A stretch of 34,876 bases of DNA from Cytophagales bacterium. Lineage in GTDB: Bacteria; Bacteroidota; Bacteroidia; Cytophagales; Microscillaceae. The notes beneath the pieces were generated by a model, which worked only from the letters and a program-made list of their open reading frames with translations, had not been told where the DNA came from and did not search any database. The DNA lies in the NCBI GenBank assembly GCA_043748375.1, contig JAYTNK010000416.1:1-34876 (forward strand), written 5' to 3'. Below are positions 19,629 to 27,951 of the stretch, one piece after another. The translations under genes and the position numbers were made by a program. Numbering within the stretch: the first letter of the stretch is position 1; each line of letters starts with the position of its first letter.

Positions 19629-20699
19629 ATGCTTAGTTGTTTTTATCCAGGCCCGTCTAAAATTTACCCTGAAGTTTCCCAATATATGCAGGAAGCGGTA
19701 GGCAAGGGCATACTCAGCCTTAATCATCGCAGTACCGAATTTATGCACTTATGCGCAGAAACTATCGCAATATGCAAAAAAAAACTTGCTATTCCTGCTG
19801 ATTATAGCTTGTTTTTTGCTTCTTCTGCCACCGAATGTTGGGAAATCATAGCGCAGTCCTTTCTCGAATCATCTGACAAAGTTTACCATTGTTGTCAAGG
19901 AGCGTTTGGGGAAAAGTGGTTGAATTATAACCAAAAATTGTGTGCATACAATCATATAAAAGCAGAAGTTCAAGCGTATCAGTCTTTCGAGGCTACTAAA
20001 GACAAAAATCCCACGCTGTTATGTTTTACACCCAGCGAAACTTCTAACGGTATGCAATTTAGCATGGCAGGACTACAACGTCTTCGGTTATTATTTCCAG
20101 ACGCTTTCTTTGCCCATGATGTTACCTCTTGTTTGGGAGGTATCACGTTGATGTGGGAAGTAGGCGATATTTGGTTTGCCTCGGTACAGAAATGCTTGGG
20201 CTTGCCTGCGGGTTTAGCATTGTGTATCATGTCGCCTCGTGCTGTGGCGCGTGCCTATAAAATAAACGAGCGTACGCACTACAATAGTTTAATAAATAAT
20301 TTAGACAACATCAGCAAATTTCAAACACCCTACACGCCTAATGTCTTGGGCATTTATTTACTGTATAAAGTAATGTTGCAAGTGCCTCCTATCAGCGAAA
20401 TAGATGCCATAATTTGCAAACGGGCAGAGGATTGGTACAAGTTTTTTGAACAGTTTGAGGATTATACGCCCCTTGCCTCCGTTTCCCTTCGTTCAAGCAC
20501 TATAATATGTATAAGCGGAACAGAAGAAAACATTTGTTTTGCGAAAGAAAAAATGAAAGAACAAAATATTATTTTGGGAAATGGCTATAGTAGGTGGGAA
20601 AACAACACATTCAGGATAGCTAACTTCCCTGCCATTAGCGAAGAAGAAATTGCATTATTTAAAGATGAATTTATGAAAATAGCCAAAATTAAAGCCTGA
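19629..20699 (+). CDS. PLP-dependent aminotransferase, SerC-like (phosphoserine aminotransferase family, divergent)
   Basis: F.PGPS...PEV, LSLNHRSTEF, and the putative PLP-lysine context ASVQKCLGLPAGLALCIMS (compare SerC GAQKN.GP.G). The size of 356 aa fits. Confidence 0.65.
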   Translation: MLSCFYPGPSKIYPEVSQYMQEAVGKGILSLNHRSTEFMHLCAETIAICKKKLAIPADYSLFFASSATECWEIIAQSFLESSDKVYHCCQGAFGEKWLNYNQKLCAYNHIKAEVQAYQSFEATKDKNPTLLCFTPSETSNGMQFSMAGLQRLRLLFPDAFFAHDVTSCLGGITLMWEVGDIWFASVQKCLGLPAGLALCIMSPRAVARAYKINERTHYNSLINNLDNISKFQTPYTPNVLGIYLLYKVMLQVPPISEIDAIICKRAEDWYKFFEQFEDYTPLASVSLRSSTIICISGTEENICFAKEKMKEQNIILGNGYSRWENNTFRIANFPAISEEEIALFKDEFMKIAKIKA

Positions 20700-20739
20700 A
20701 ATTGCCTTATTCAAATATTTATTTATTAAAAAATTAAAA

Positions 20740-20766
20740 TAATATTTTGTGCTAAACAAAATATTA
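20740..20766. promoter_or_regulatory. Perfect 11-bp inverted repeat (TAATATTTTGT-N5-ACAAAATATTA) abutting the marC -7 box
   Basis: The arms are 20740-20750 and 20756-20766. The element ends 2 nt before the TAACTTTG box. It could be an operator or the terminator of the upstream aminotransferase gene. Confidence 0.35.
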
Positions 20767-20768
20767 TA

Positions 20769-20776
20769 TAACTTTG
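20769..20776 (+). promoter_or_regulatory. -7 promoter box (TAACTTTG) only 4 nt before the marC ATG
   Basis: Exact TAnnTTTG match. The spacing implies a leaderless or near-leaderless mRNA if ATG 20781 is the true start. Confidence 0.35.
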
Positions 20777-20780
20777 CAGT

Positions 20781-21347
20781 ATGAATTACAAAGAAATTTT
20801 ATCTGTATCGCTTGTATTATTTTCAGTAATAGACATCATCGGTTCTATTCCTGTCATCATAGATTTAAAGAAAAAAGCTGGACGCATTGAGTCTGAAAAA
20901 GCCACTATTGCAGCGGGAATCATTATGTTTGCCTTTTTATATTTGGGCGAATCTATTTTACATCTTTTTGGGGTTGATGTGCAATCATTCGCACTTGCGG
21001 GGGCATTGGTTATTTTTATAGTAGGGTTGGAAATGGTCTTGGGCGTACACATATTTAAAGGCGGGACTCAATCTAATGCTAGCTCTATAGTTCCTCTTGC
21101 CTTCCCTATGATAGCGGGCGCAGGCACTATGACCACTATTATATCGCTTCGAGCTGAATTTGACCAATGGACAGTCTTGATAGGGATAGCCTTAAACTTA
21201 GTGCTAATTTATTTGGTACTCAAGACTTCGAGCTGGATTGAAAAGAGGCTGGGTGTAGGAGGTGCAGAAATTTTACGCAAAATATTCGGCATAATTTTGC
21301 TTGCTATTGCTATCAAATTGTTTAAAAGCAATTTAGGGGCATTGTAG
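20781..21347 (+). CDS. MarC-family (UPF0056) integral membrane protein
   Basis: 188 aa with six hydrophobic segments. FSVIDIIGSIPV...., PLAFPMIAGAGTMTT and ILRKIFGIILLAIA are typical MarC/YhgN-family signatures. Confidence 0.8.
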   Translation: MNYKEILSVSLVLFSVIDIIGSIPVIIDLKKKAGRIESEKATIAAGIIMFAFLYLGESILHLFGVDVQSFALAGALVIFIVGLEMVLGVHIFKGGTQSNASSIVPLAFPMIAGAGTMTTIISLRAEFDQWTVLIGIALNLVLIYLVLKTSSWIEKRLGVGGAEILRKIFGIILLAIAIKLFKSNLGAL

Positions 21348-21378
21348 GTGAGCTATAACATTTTCTATGTTCCATCGG

Positions 21379-21405
21379 GGCAGGCAAGTTCAGTACTTGC
21401 CTACC
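21379..21405. terminator. Hairpin between convergent marC and crp-like genes, built from two copies of the over-represented motif
   Basis: GGCAGGCAAGT (21379-21389), loop TCAGT, then ACTTGCCTACC (21395-21405). This gives 10 of 11 pairs and no flanking T-tract. Confidence 0.4.
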
Positions 21406-21431
21406 AAAACCAAGCCTATTTCTACACGTTC

Positions 21432-22013
21432 CTAATGTCTATTTTCCATAATCCTTTTTCTGATTCTGCTCAAGGATTCAGGTTTAATACCTATATAACT
21501 TGCTAACTGATATTGGGGTACTCTTTGAAATAAGTCAGGTCTTGACTTTAGTAACTTCAGGTAGCGTTCTTCAGGTGAGTCAGTTAAATAAGAAGTCAAT
21601 ATTTTTCTTTGTTCATTAAAAACAGTTTCCATAACAGCCCGTGATATGGTTTCAAATCTTGGAAATTGTTTAAATATTTCTTGCGCTTCTTTTTCGTTTC
21701 CAACATTTAGGACTGTGTCTTCCGCACAAACTAAATAATGTATAGGTAAACCTTTTGAAGTAAAGTTATTCAATGAAATTACCCACTGTTCCTCCGTGAA
21801 AAAATTGGTAGTTTTTTCTTCTCCATCAACCAAAAGGTACTCTCTTATACAGCCTTCTAAAATAAAATAGCTGTCCATTGAAATTTGCCCTTCTTTTAAC
21901 AAAATAGTTCCTTTTTTAAAGGTTTTGAGGTGCATACCATCAGCAATAGCCTTTGCCTCTTCGTCTGAAAGATTGCTTATTTTAGAAAAGTACTGAACAA
22001 GTTTATTTTCCAT
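21432..22013 (-). CDS. Crp/Fnr-family transcriptional regulator (cyclic-nucleotide-binding domain plus C-terminal HTH)
   Basis: cNMP-binding beta-barrel pattern (FKKGTILLKEGQISMDSYFILEGCIREY). C-terminal HTH (VPQYQLASYIGIKPESLSRIRKRI). Confidence 0.85.
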   Translation of the reverse strand: MENKLVQYFSKISNLSDEEAKAIADGMHLKTFKKGTILLKEGQISMDSYFILEGCIREYLLVDGEEKTTNFFTEEQWVISLNNFTSKGLPIHYLVCAEDTVLNVGNEKEAQEIFKQFPRFETISRAVMETVFNEQRKILTSYLTDSPEERYLKLLKSRPDLFQRVPQYQLASYIGIKPESLSRIRKRIMENRH

Positions 22014-22055
22014 AATTTATCAAACGCTTTTATAAAGAATTTATAAGGACTAAAT

Positions 22056-22084
22056 AATGGTCGTAACGTTTCGCTACGACCATT
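22056..22084 (-). terminator. Perfect 10-bp stem hairpin downstream of the protease gene
   Basis: AATGGTCGTA / TACGACCATT with a 9-nt loop. On the minus strand it is followed by the U-rich AUUAUUUAGU. Confidence 0.45.
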
Positions 22085-22103
22085 AGTGGCTACGAACTAA
22101 TAG

Positions 22104-22186
22104 ACTTCTTGCGAAAGTTCCTTTTCTCTCTCTCAAAATGGAGATAGGGTAGGGGCGAGGCTTTTAAAAACACTTTCGCAAGAAGT
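22104..22186 (-). other. Long-range perfect 15-bp inverted repeat starting at the first base after the protease stop codon
   Basis: ACTTCTTGCGAAAGT (22104-22118) and ACTTTCGCAAGAAGT (22172-22186) enclose a 53-nt loop. The loop has a CT/GA-rich run and a G-rich block (GGAGATAGGGTAGGGGCGAGG on the plus strand). Confidence 0.5.
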
Positions 22187-24766
22187 TTAATATTCATTTT
22201 TCACGAATTTGCGTATCCATGTTTCTGCACCCGCTGTGATGTGCATAATATATTGTCCATTTGGCAAATTTTCACTAGTTCTTCTGTCTCCAATTTTGAG
22301 GTCATACACAAATGCGCCTGTACCCTTTGTTATTTTAAATGATTTTACCACTTTCCCCAACATATCTGTAATAGTTATGTCAGCCTCTGCAACAGCCCCA
22401 TCTATTTTAATCGTGATAATTTCTGAAGCTGGATTAGGATAAATAAGCACGTTATTGGCAGGAGGGGGAGGCAAGGGCAGGGTATTTATAATCACTCTTA
22501 CAACGACTGTGCGTGTAATAGAGCCACTTGTAGCTGTAATAGTCATGTTGTATGCGCCTATGAGGTTATTTGTATTGCCTATAGTAAGCGTGGTAAGGGC
22601 TGAAGGCGAGAGTGGATTAGTAGCAAAAACAGCCGTTGTACCTGCTGGATTGTTTGAAACAGCCAAAGTTACATCAGCACTATATCCAAGCAATGCACTC
22701 AATCGTATTTGATATACAGCATTTGTAGAAGCAAAGATAGTTTGCGTAGTGGGCGCAATCACCTGCATATAAAAGGTAGGCGAGGTAGTAAGTGCTATCG
22801 TAAAATTTGAATCTGAAGCGTCAAAGAATATATTGCCTGCGCCCTGTACTTTGACGCGGGTTTGGGTAGAACTTATGTTTGGCACAACAATACTTTCACT
22901 TCCATCATTAGGCACATTTGTAGCAAGCACCGTAGGGTACGTTAAACCACCATCAGTCGAAAGATAAATATTTACATTCGCACAACTAACAGGGGCGGCA
23001 TTTGTGCCGTTCACATTCCAAGTAATGTTTTGAGGGCTGCCACCTTGCCATGTAAGAAAATTATTGGGGTACGTAACTACAAAAGGCCCTGCATTGTCAG
23101 CTACCTTGAAGGTAACTGTTCCATATTCTACCCCTCCTACAGCGCGATTGTCGCGAACAGTACATCTGAAATTAAAAGTGCGGGCTGTAGAGGGCAAGGT
23201 TTCGCCTATAGCTTCGCTAAGATTTGGATTGCCCGATGCGCGTGGAAAATAACGGATAGGACTAAGTGTTGGGCTAAAGGAACGAAACGAAGGGCCTGTA
23301 CCGCCTGAGTTTTCAGGCACTCCTGCATCTCCCAAGTCATACTGCTCCCAACAATACGTAAGTATATCGCCTGCGTTGCCATCTGTAGCCGAAGCGGTCA
23401 GGGCAAAGGCAGTTTCTATAGGAATAAAAAATCCGCCTGTAGGCATTGTAAGAATTGGAATGGCGTTGCCTGTATTAATGCTCGTAGGACAATTATTGCC
23501 TTGCGATAAGGTAGAATAATCTACCATTTGGTCATAACTACGCGTATGGAAATAAGCATCGCTATTGGATTGAATATTCACAGCACCACAAATGCCCGCG
23601 TATGCCATGATAGTACTGCCACTACCTGTTTCATAAGCAGAAGATGAGGATCTATTTCCGCCCGCGCAACTGCCCACATTACCATTGAAAGTGTGGCTAC
23701 CTCCAAACTGATGTCCAACTTCATGCGCCACATAATCTATATCATAAGAATCTCCTATAGGGCTTCCCGAGCCTGTAATGCCACGTGCTTTTTGCCCATC
23801 TCTACATATTACACCAAGCCCAGCTAAACCGCCACCGCCTGTACTTACTGTATGCCCAATGTCATAATTTGATGTGCCAATATTATTATCTATAACCGTT
23901 TGGCTTTCGTTTATTAAATTATTTGCGTTGCTATTTGAAAAATTATCTGAACCAACAAACACAATGCTTGTGTTATCGACTAAAGTAAAACTAATCGCCA
24001 ATTCTTTTTCATAAACACCTCTAACGCGATTCATAGTGGTAATAATCGCGTTTTGCGCCTGTGTCTTGCCTCCATGAAAATTGGAATATTCAATCGTAGC
24101 CGCGACTGCCATTCTATACGTCCGCTTTTGCGAACCCGAAGGGCGTTCAGCCGTATTAGGTGTTCTGATACCAAAAGGGCGATTGGCAAGGCGTAAGTCG
24201 CGTTCTTTTTCATACTTTAGCCAATACGCATCTTCGAAAGTCTGACAACTCCGTTGATTCGCTTTTTCGGGGTTTACATAATCTTTTTTATTATAAGAGA
24301 TATATAACGCATTATCATTTGTATGATGTGGGTCAATAAAAACCGTGCCGTTGGCAGAAATAATCATGCCATGAAAACCTTGCTCTGTCCAATCTAAATA
24401 AGCAGTCGCAGTCGCATCATCAATACCTTGTGCCGTAAAAGTCCGCACATTAGGCAACTTTAAGGCAAGGGCAGGCGAGAGCATGGGCGTTTCCCAAATC
24501 TGAAATCGTTGCACACTGCCATCAGGCATAGGCAAGGACAAGATATTTTGCGTAGCTACTCGCGGAATATATTGCAAAAAAGCCTGCACATCAAGTGCAA
24601 AGGTTTGGTAAGTAGAAGGAATAATATATCGCTTTGCCCCTATTGGCGTAGCACGCTCTTGTACATTTTGCCAAAAAGAAGTGTCTTGAGCAAAACTATT
24701 TTGCAAAAAAAAGCAAAAATAGATAGCTATAGTAAAAATAGACTGGGTGAGGTTGCTGTTTTTCAT
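22187..24766 (-). CDS. Secreted zinc metalloprotease (metzincin, reprolysin/M12B-like) with a T9SS C-terminal sorting domain
   Basis: Signal peptide from the internal Met (MKNSNLTQSIFTIAIYFCFFLQNSFAQ). Metzincin motif HEVGHQFGGSH. Ig-like middle region. C-terminal LIYPNPASEIITIK...NGQYIMHI....W.RKFVKN is typical of a type A T9SS CTD. The ORF is open to 24787, but Met at 24766 gives the better signal peptide. Confidence 0.85.
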   Translation of the reverse strand: MKNSNLTQSIFTIAIYFCFFLQNSFAQDTSFWQNVQERATPIGAKRYIIPSTYQTFALDVQAFLQYIPRVATQNILSLPMPDGSVQRFQIWETPMLSPALALKLPNVRTFTAQGIDDATATAYLDWTEQGFHGMIISANGTVFIDPHHTNDNALYISYNKKDYVNPEKANQRSCQTFEDAYWLKYEKERDLRLANRPFGIRTPNTAERPSGSQKRTYRMAVAATIEYSNFHGGKTQAQNAIITTMNRVRGVYEKELAISFTLVDNTSIVFVGSDNFSNSNANNLINESQTVIDNNIGTSNYDIGHTVSTGGGGLAGLGVICRDGQKARGITGSGSPIGDSYDIDYVAHEVGHQFGGSHTFNGNVGSCAGGNRSSSSAYETGSGSTIMAYAGICGAVNIQSNSDAYFHTRSYDQMVDYSTLSQGNNCPTSINTGNAIPILTMPTGGFFIPIETAFALTASATDGNAGDILTYCWEQYDLGDAGVPENSGGTGPSFRSFSPTLSPIRYFPRASGNPNLSEAIGETLPSTARTFNFRCTVRDNRAVGGVEYGTVTFKVADNAGPFVVTYPNNFLTWQGGSPQNITWNVNGTNAAPVSCANVNIYLSTDGGLTYPTVLATNVPNDGSESIVVPNISSTQTRVKVQGAGNIFFDASDSNFTIALTTSPTFYMQVIAPTTQTIFASTNAVYQIRLSALLGYSADVTLAVSNNPAGTTAVFATNPLSPSALTTLTIGNTNNLIGAYNMTITATSGSITRTVVVRVIINTLPLPPPPANNVLIYPNPASEIITIKIDGAVAEADITITDMLGKVVKSFKITKGTGAFVYDLKIGDRRTSENLPNGQYIMHITAGAETWIRKFVKNEY

Positions 24767-24826
24767 AATATCGAGAAGAATATCCACAAAATAACGATAT
24801 ATTTAGTATAATTCCAAACGACTGCC

Positions 24827-24834
24827 TATATTTG
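24827..24834 (+). promoter_or_regulatory. -7 promoter box (TATATTTG) for ruvA
   Basis: Exact TAnnTTTG match 36 nt upstream of the ruvA ATG. Confidence 0.35.
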
Positions 24835-24870
24835 CAAACAGCATTAAATTAAAAAAAACCGCAAAAAAAG

Positions 24871-25458
24871 ATGTTTGCTTATATAGAAGGTGTATTAGTG
24901 CAAAAAGAAGCAACTTTTGCCATTATTGATGTGCAGGGTATAGGCTATCATTTGCGTATCTCCTTGCCTACTTTTTCCATGATGGAGGTAGGCAAGAAGG
25001 CAAAACTACATACGCATTTGCAAGTACGCGAAGATGCGCACACTCTATTTGGGTTTATTGATTTAGCTGAAAAAAAACTATTTCTCGATCTCGTGAGTGT
25101 TTCAGGTGTAGGTACTAACACGGCTATGATTATCCTATCCTCCATGAGTGCCAAAGAAATACAAGAAGCCATCGCCACCGAAAACCTAAAAGTGATACAA
25201 GGTATCAAAGGTATAGGTATCAAAACCGCCCAGCGACTTATATTAGAACTTAAAGACAAAATAAAAAAAGAAAATATCGAATTAGGAAGTGCCTCGCCTG
25301 CCCACATCGGCTCATTGGCAAAGGCAGAAGCCCTACAAGCTCTTCTCGCGCTTGGACTTACCAAACAATTAGCCGAGAAAAACTTGGATACCGTAGCTAA
25401 AAAACATGGCGATGCCCTTACTGTAGAGGAATATATCAAATATGCCTTGCGAACATAG
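24871..25458 (+). CDS. ruvA: Holliday junction branch migration complex subunit RuvA
   Basis: MFAYIEGVLVQKE....IIDVQGIGY.L.IS, the HhH motifs LVSVSGVGTNTAMIILS and IKGIGIKTAQRLILELKDK, and a C-terminal domain III. Confidence 0.92.
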   Translation: MFAYIEGVLVQKEATFAIIDVQGIGYHLRISLPTFSMMEVGKKAKLHTHLQVREDAHTLFGFIDLAEKKLFLDLVSVSGVGTNTAMIILSSMSAKEIQEAIATENLKVIQGIKGIGIKTAQRLILELKDKIKKENIELGSASPAHIGSLAKAEALQALLALGLTKQLAEKNLDTVAKKHGDALTVEEYIKYALRT

Positions 25459-25468
25459 CAAGCCAAAG

Positions 25469-26008
25469 CTACACTCCCTCAAAACCCTCCAAAAATACAG
25501 GAGGCACACAATCCGTAAGCCACACACCATTGTCAGATACGTAAAATAAATAACCAGCCGCTTGCATCTTGCCTGCCTGTACTGTTAAGACTATGGGTTT
25601 TCCATGCCTTCCACCTACTTGAGTTGCTGTATCCAAATTAGTAGAAAGATGGACGTGCTGACGCGACTGTTTAGTCAAACCTTCTTTTTGAATAGCCCCT
25701 AAACTTTTTAGAGCAGTTCCATGATAAAGCACATCAGGAGGCACAGAGGCAGGCAAGGCAAGGTCAATCTCGATAGAATGCCCCTGATTGGCGCGTATGC
25801 GCGTGCCTGTTTCATCAAATGAAAACCGCTTTTTGTTATTTTCTGCTACTACTTTTTCCAATTGCCCTCGACTTATAGTTTTACCGTCTTTTTGCAAGGC
25901 AACTAAAAGTACATCAACATTCACCCAGCCTTGGTTATCAAGCGTGATGCCAATGACTTCAGGTTGATGCCTCAAAATAAGGCTTAGATATTTACTCAGA
26001 TCTTTCAT
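25469..26008 (-). CDS. kptA: RNA 2'-phosphotransferase (Tpt1/KptA family)
   Basis: SKYLSLILRHQPE..GITLD.QGWV.V..LL, RFSFDETGTRIRANQGHS, LYHGT and QHVHLS are Tpt1/KptA hallmarks. Confidence 0.88.
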   Translation of the reverse strand: MKDLSKYLSLILRHQPEVIGITLDNQGWVNVDVLLVALQKDGKTISRGQLEKVVAENNKKRFSFDETGTRIRANQGHSIEIDLALPASVPPDVLYHGTALKSLGAIQKEGLTKQSRQHVHLSTNLDTATQVGGRHGKPIVLTVQAGKMQAAGYLFYVSDNGVWLTDCVPPVFLEGFEGV

Positions 26009-26174
26009 AATATTTAATATTTACGAAATATATTTGAAAAAGTTTTTACTTTCAAATTTTTAATAAAAGCACTGAATATAACAACAAACAACACTTAAAA
26101 ATAAAATAAAAAAATGTAATAGCCAAACAAATAATAAATGATACACAACATAACATAAATGTTTGTAAAATGTA

Positions 26175-26182
26175 TAATTTTG
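26175..26182 (+). promoter_or_regulatory. -7 promoter box (TAATTTTG) for the DUF1987 operon
   Basis: Exact TAnnTTTG match 42 nt upstream of ATG 26225. Confidence 0.35.
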
Positions 26183-26224
26183 TCTTAAAATTGCATGAGT
26201 TTTTAAGATATAACAATCAAACAC

Positions 26225-26602
26225 ATGGAAAACTTTTTTACCAGAGGTTCGGAAGAAACACCCACCGTAAGCCTCAATGCTGACACAGGTATCATGGAAA
26301 TTAGCGAAAGTTCGTATCCTGAATATACAAATGAAATCTATAACCCAATATTAGAGTGGCTGGAAGAGTATGCGATTGAACCTCAACGCAAACTTGTTTT
26401 CAATTTCCGCTTGGATTACTTCAACACAAGCACTTCTTTCCGCTTTCAGCAAATTATCAATATGTTAAACGAATACTACCTGAACAAACAAGGGCAGGTA
26501 GTCGTGAATTGGTTTTATCAAGATGGCGACATCGATATGCTTGAAAATGGCGAAGACTATGCCAAAGATGCCAAAATGCCTTTCAATTTAGTTATTCTTT
26601 AA
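26225..26602 (+). CDS. DUF1987-domain protein (SiaC-like partner-switch protein)
   Basis: 125 aa. TP.V.L....G...I.G.SYPE.....Y.P...WL..Y........L.F.F.L.YFNTS is the DUF1987 pattern as I remember it. Confidence 0.7.
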   Translation: MENFFTRGSEETPTVSLNADTGIMEISESSYPEYTNEIYNPILEWLEEYAIEPQRKLVFNFRLDYFNTSTSFRFQQIINMLNEYYLNKQGQVVVNWFYQDGDIDMLENGEDYAKDAKMPFNLVIL

Positions 26603-26618
26603 TCTATTATACCAAATT

Positions 26619-27239
26619 ATGTGGGATTTTATCGTAGGATTTGCCAATAAACATCCTCTGATGGTCATTGGCTTTTTGTTAATTATTCTATCCAGTATCA
26701 GCAACTTAAGCACCAAAAAGGTAAAAGTTAATACCAATAGTCGCATGAGCATGGTCATTTTCTTGTCGGGTTTAGGCTGTATGGGCTTAGACTTGTGGCA
26801 GAGCAACTCCTTGCCTATAATACCTAAAAACAAATTGGCAAAGGCTGAAGTAAACGTTACGCAGGCAAGTGCCGACTTAAAACGCAAAGTTGAAAACTAC
26901 CTTGATGCCTTACAAACACACGACTTTAACCGAATCAGCCCTTTCTTTCCTAATATTTTGGATAGTTATTTTGGTGAGGATAAGGTAACGCAATTACACG
27001 TTTCGCGCAGGCTAAAGCAAGAATGGAAGAAAATCATAAGCGAAAAATTTGAAGTCGCTTGGAATACATGGAAATATAGAAATGACGAAAATGGCAGACA
27101 CATCGTCAGTTTTTCTTTCAAACGCACCTATCAACCAAAGGAAAAAGAAACCGAAGAATTATCGGAAGATAAAAACATGGAACTTTCCTTTGACCGAAAC
27201 TATAAAATATATGTAGTAGATAGGGCAAGGCTTGATTAA
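26619..27239 (+). CDS. Hypothetical membrane protein (two TM helices plus a soluble C-terminal domain)
   Basis: It starts 16 nt after the DUF1987 stop, so it is likely co-transcribed. TM segments are HPLMVIGFLLIILSSI and MSMVIFLSGLGCMGLDLW. The C-terminal ~120 aa may be NTF2/SnoaL-like (VENYLDALQTHDF), but this is weak. Confidence 0.55.
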   Translation: MWDFIVGFANKHPLMVIGFLLIILSSISNLSTKKVKVNTNSRMSMVIFLSGLGCMGLDLWQSNSLPIIPKNKLAKAEVNVTQASADLKRKVENYLDALQTHDFNRISPFFPNILDSYFGEDKVTQLHVSRRLKQEWKKIISEKFEVAWNTWKYRNDENGRHIVSFSFKRTYQPKEKETEELSEDKNMELSFDRNYKIYVVDRARLD

Positions 27240-27267
27240 AACCCTTGTTTGCAAAAGAATTTAAGGC

Positions 27268-27317
27268 AAAATAGGCGCACTAAAACTGGTTTTCCCAGAA
27301 TTTTAGCGCGCCTATTT
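27268..27317. terminator. Bidirectional terminator-like hairpin between convergent genes
   Basis: AAATAGGCGCACTAAAA (27268-27284) pairs with TTTTAGCGCGCCTATTT (27301-27317) with one mismatch and a 16-nt loop. There are A/T runs on both sides. Confidence 0.55.
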
Positions 27318-27334
27318 TATCGACTTGCCTACCT

Positions 27335-27598
27335 TTACAGAGGACTCTCAAGATAAATCCCTACAATTTCAAAATCAGACTCATTTTCCAAAACAGGTCC
27401 ACAATTATGGCTCATTATCATTTTTTCGGACATGGGAGGCATTTCTACGATTGTCTTTGTGTCCACTGAAGTGTTCGTTTGTATGCTACAAATAACAAAA
27501 AATGTCAGTGTAGGATGTACATTTTTAAGGAAGCCATCATACTCAATTTCAATTCCTCCTTCTCTTAATTCTTTGATAATATATTGACTATAATCCAT
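27335..27598 (-). CDS. Small hypothetical protein (87 aa)
   Basis: The only evidence is the ORF and its position between a terminator hairpin and MITE-like copy 1. No recognisable motif. Confidence 0.35.
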   Translation of the reverse strand: MDYSQYIIKELREGGIEIEYDGFLKNVHPTLTFFVICSIQTNTSVDTKTIVEMPPMSEKMIMSHNCGPVLENESDFEIVGIYLESPL

Positions 27599-27659
27599 AT
27601 TTAATTATTTGATAGTTATAAAGGCGTAAAGCTTATAAAAAAAGTACTTTTTATATTTA

Positions 27660-27882
27660 GAAGGTGAATTACTGATCTATGTTAGCTATTTCTATCCTCT
27701 TGTGTGTGAGGCATCATGTTCAAAATATCACGGCATTAAAATTTTGCATTTACCCCATTATTAAGCATTTTGAGCAAAAATATAAGCTATATTACGGGAG
27801 TAATGTAAAATAAAAAATATAATACATTGATTGTCAATTATTTATATTCATTATTTTTAACATAGATTAGGTATTCAGCTTC
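27660..27882 (+). repeat. MITE-like element, copy 1 (~223 bp, AT-rich, ~25-bp imperfect terminal inverted repeats)
   Basis: It aligns end to end with 29572-29793, about nine-tenths identical by eye with a 2-nt indel. The 5' end GAAGGTGAATTACTGATCTATGTTA matches the reverse complement of the 3' end, GAAGCTGAATACCTAATCTATGTTA, at 21 of 25 positions. Confidence 0.7.
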
Positions 27883-27951
27883 TAGATTTAGAACCAACCA
27901 AAAAGATGTGGGTAATGGATAGGGCGAACCGTCTGTGGTATTTTGCGTACT

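Noticed and set aside
24948-25466. 172-aa ORF on the minus strand
   Set aside because: It is completely antisense to ruvA, whose identity is secure. There is no independent evidence for it.
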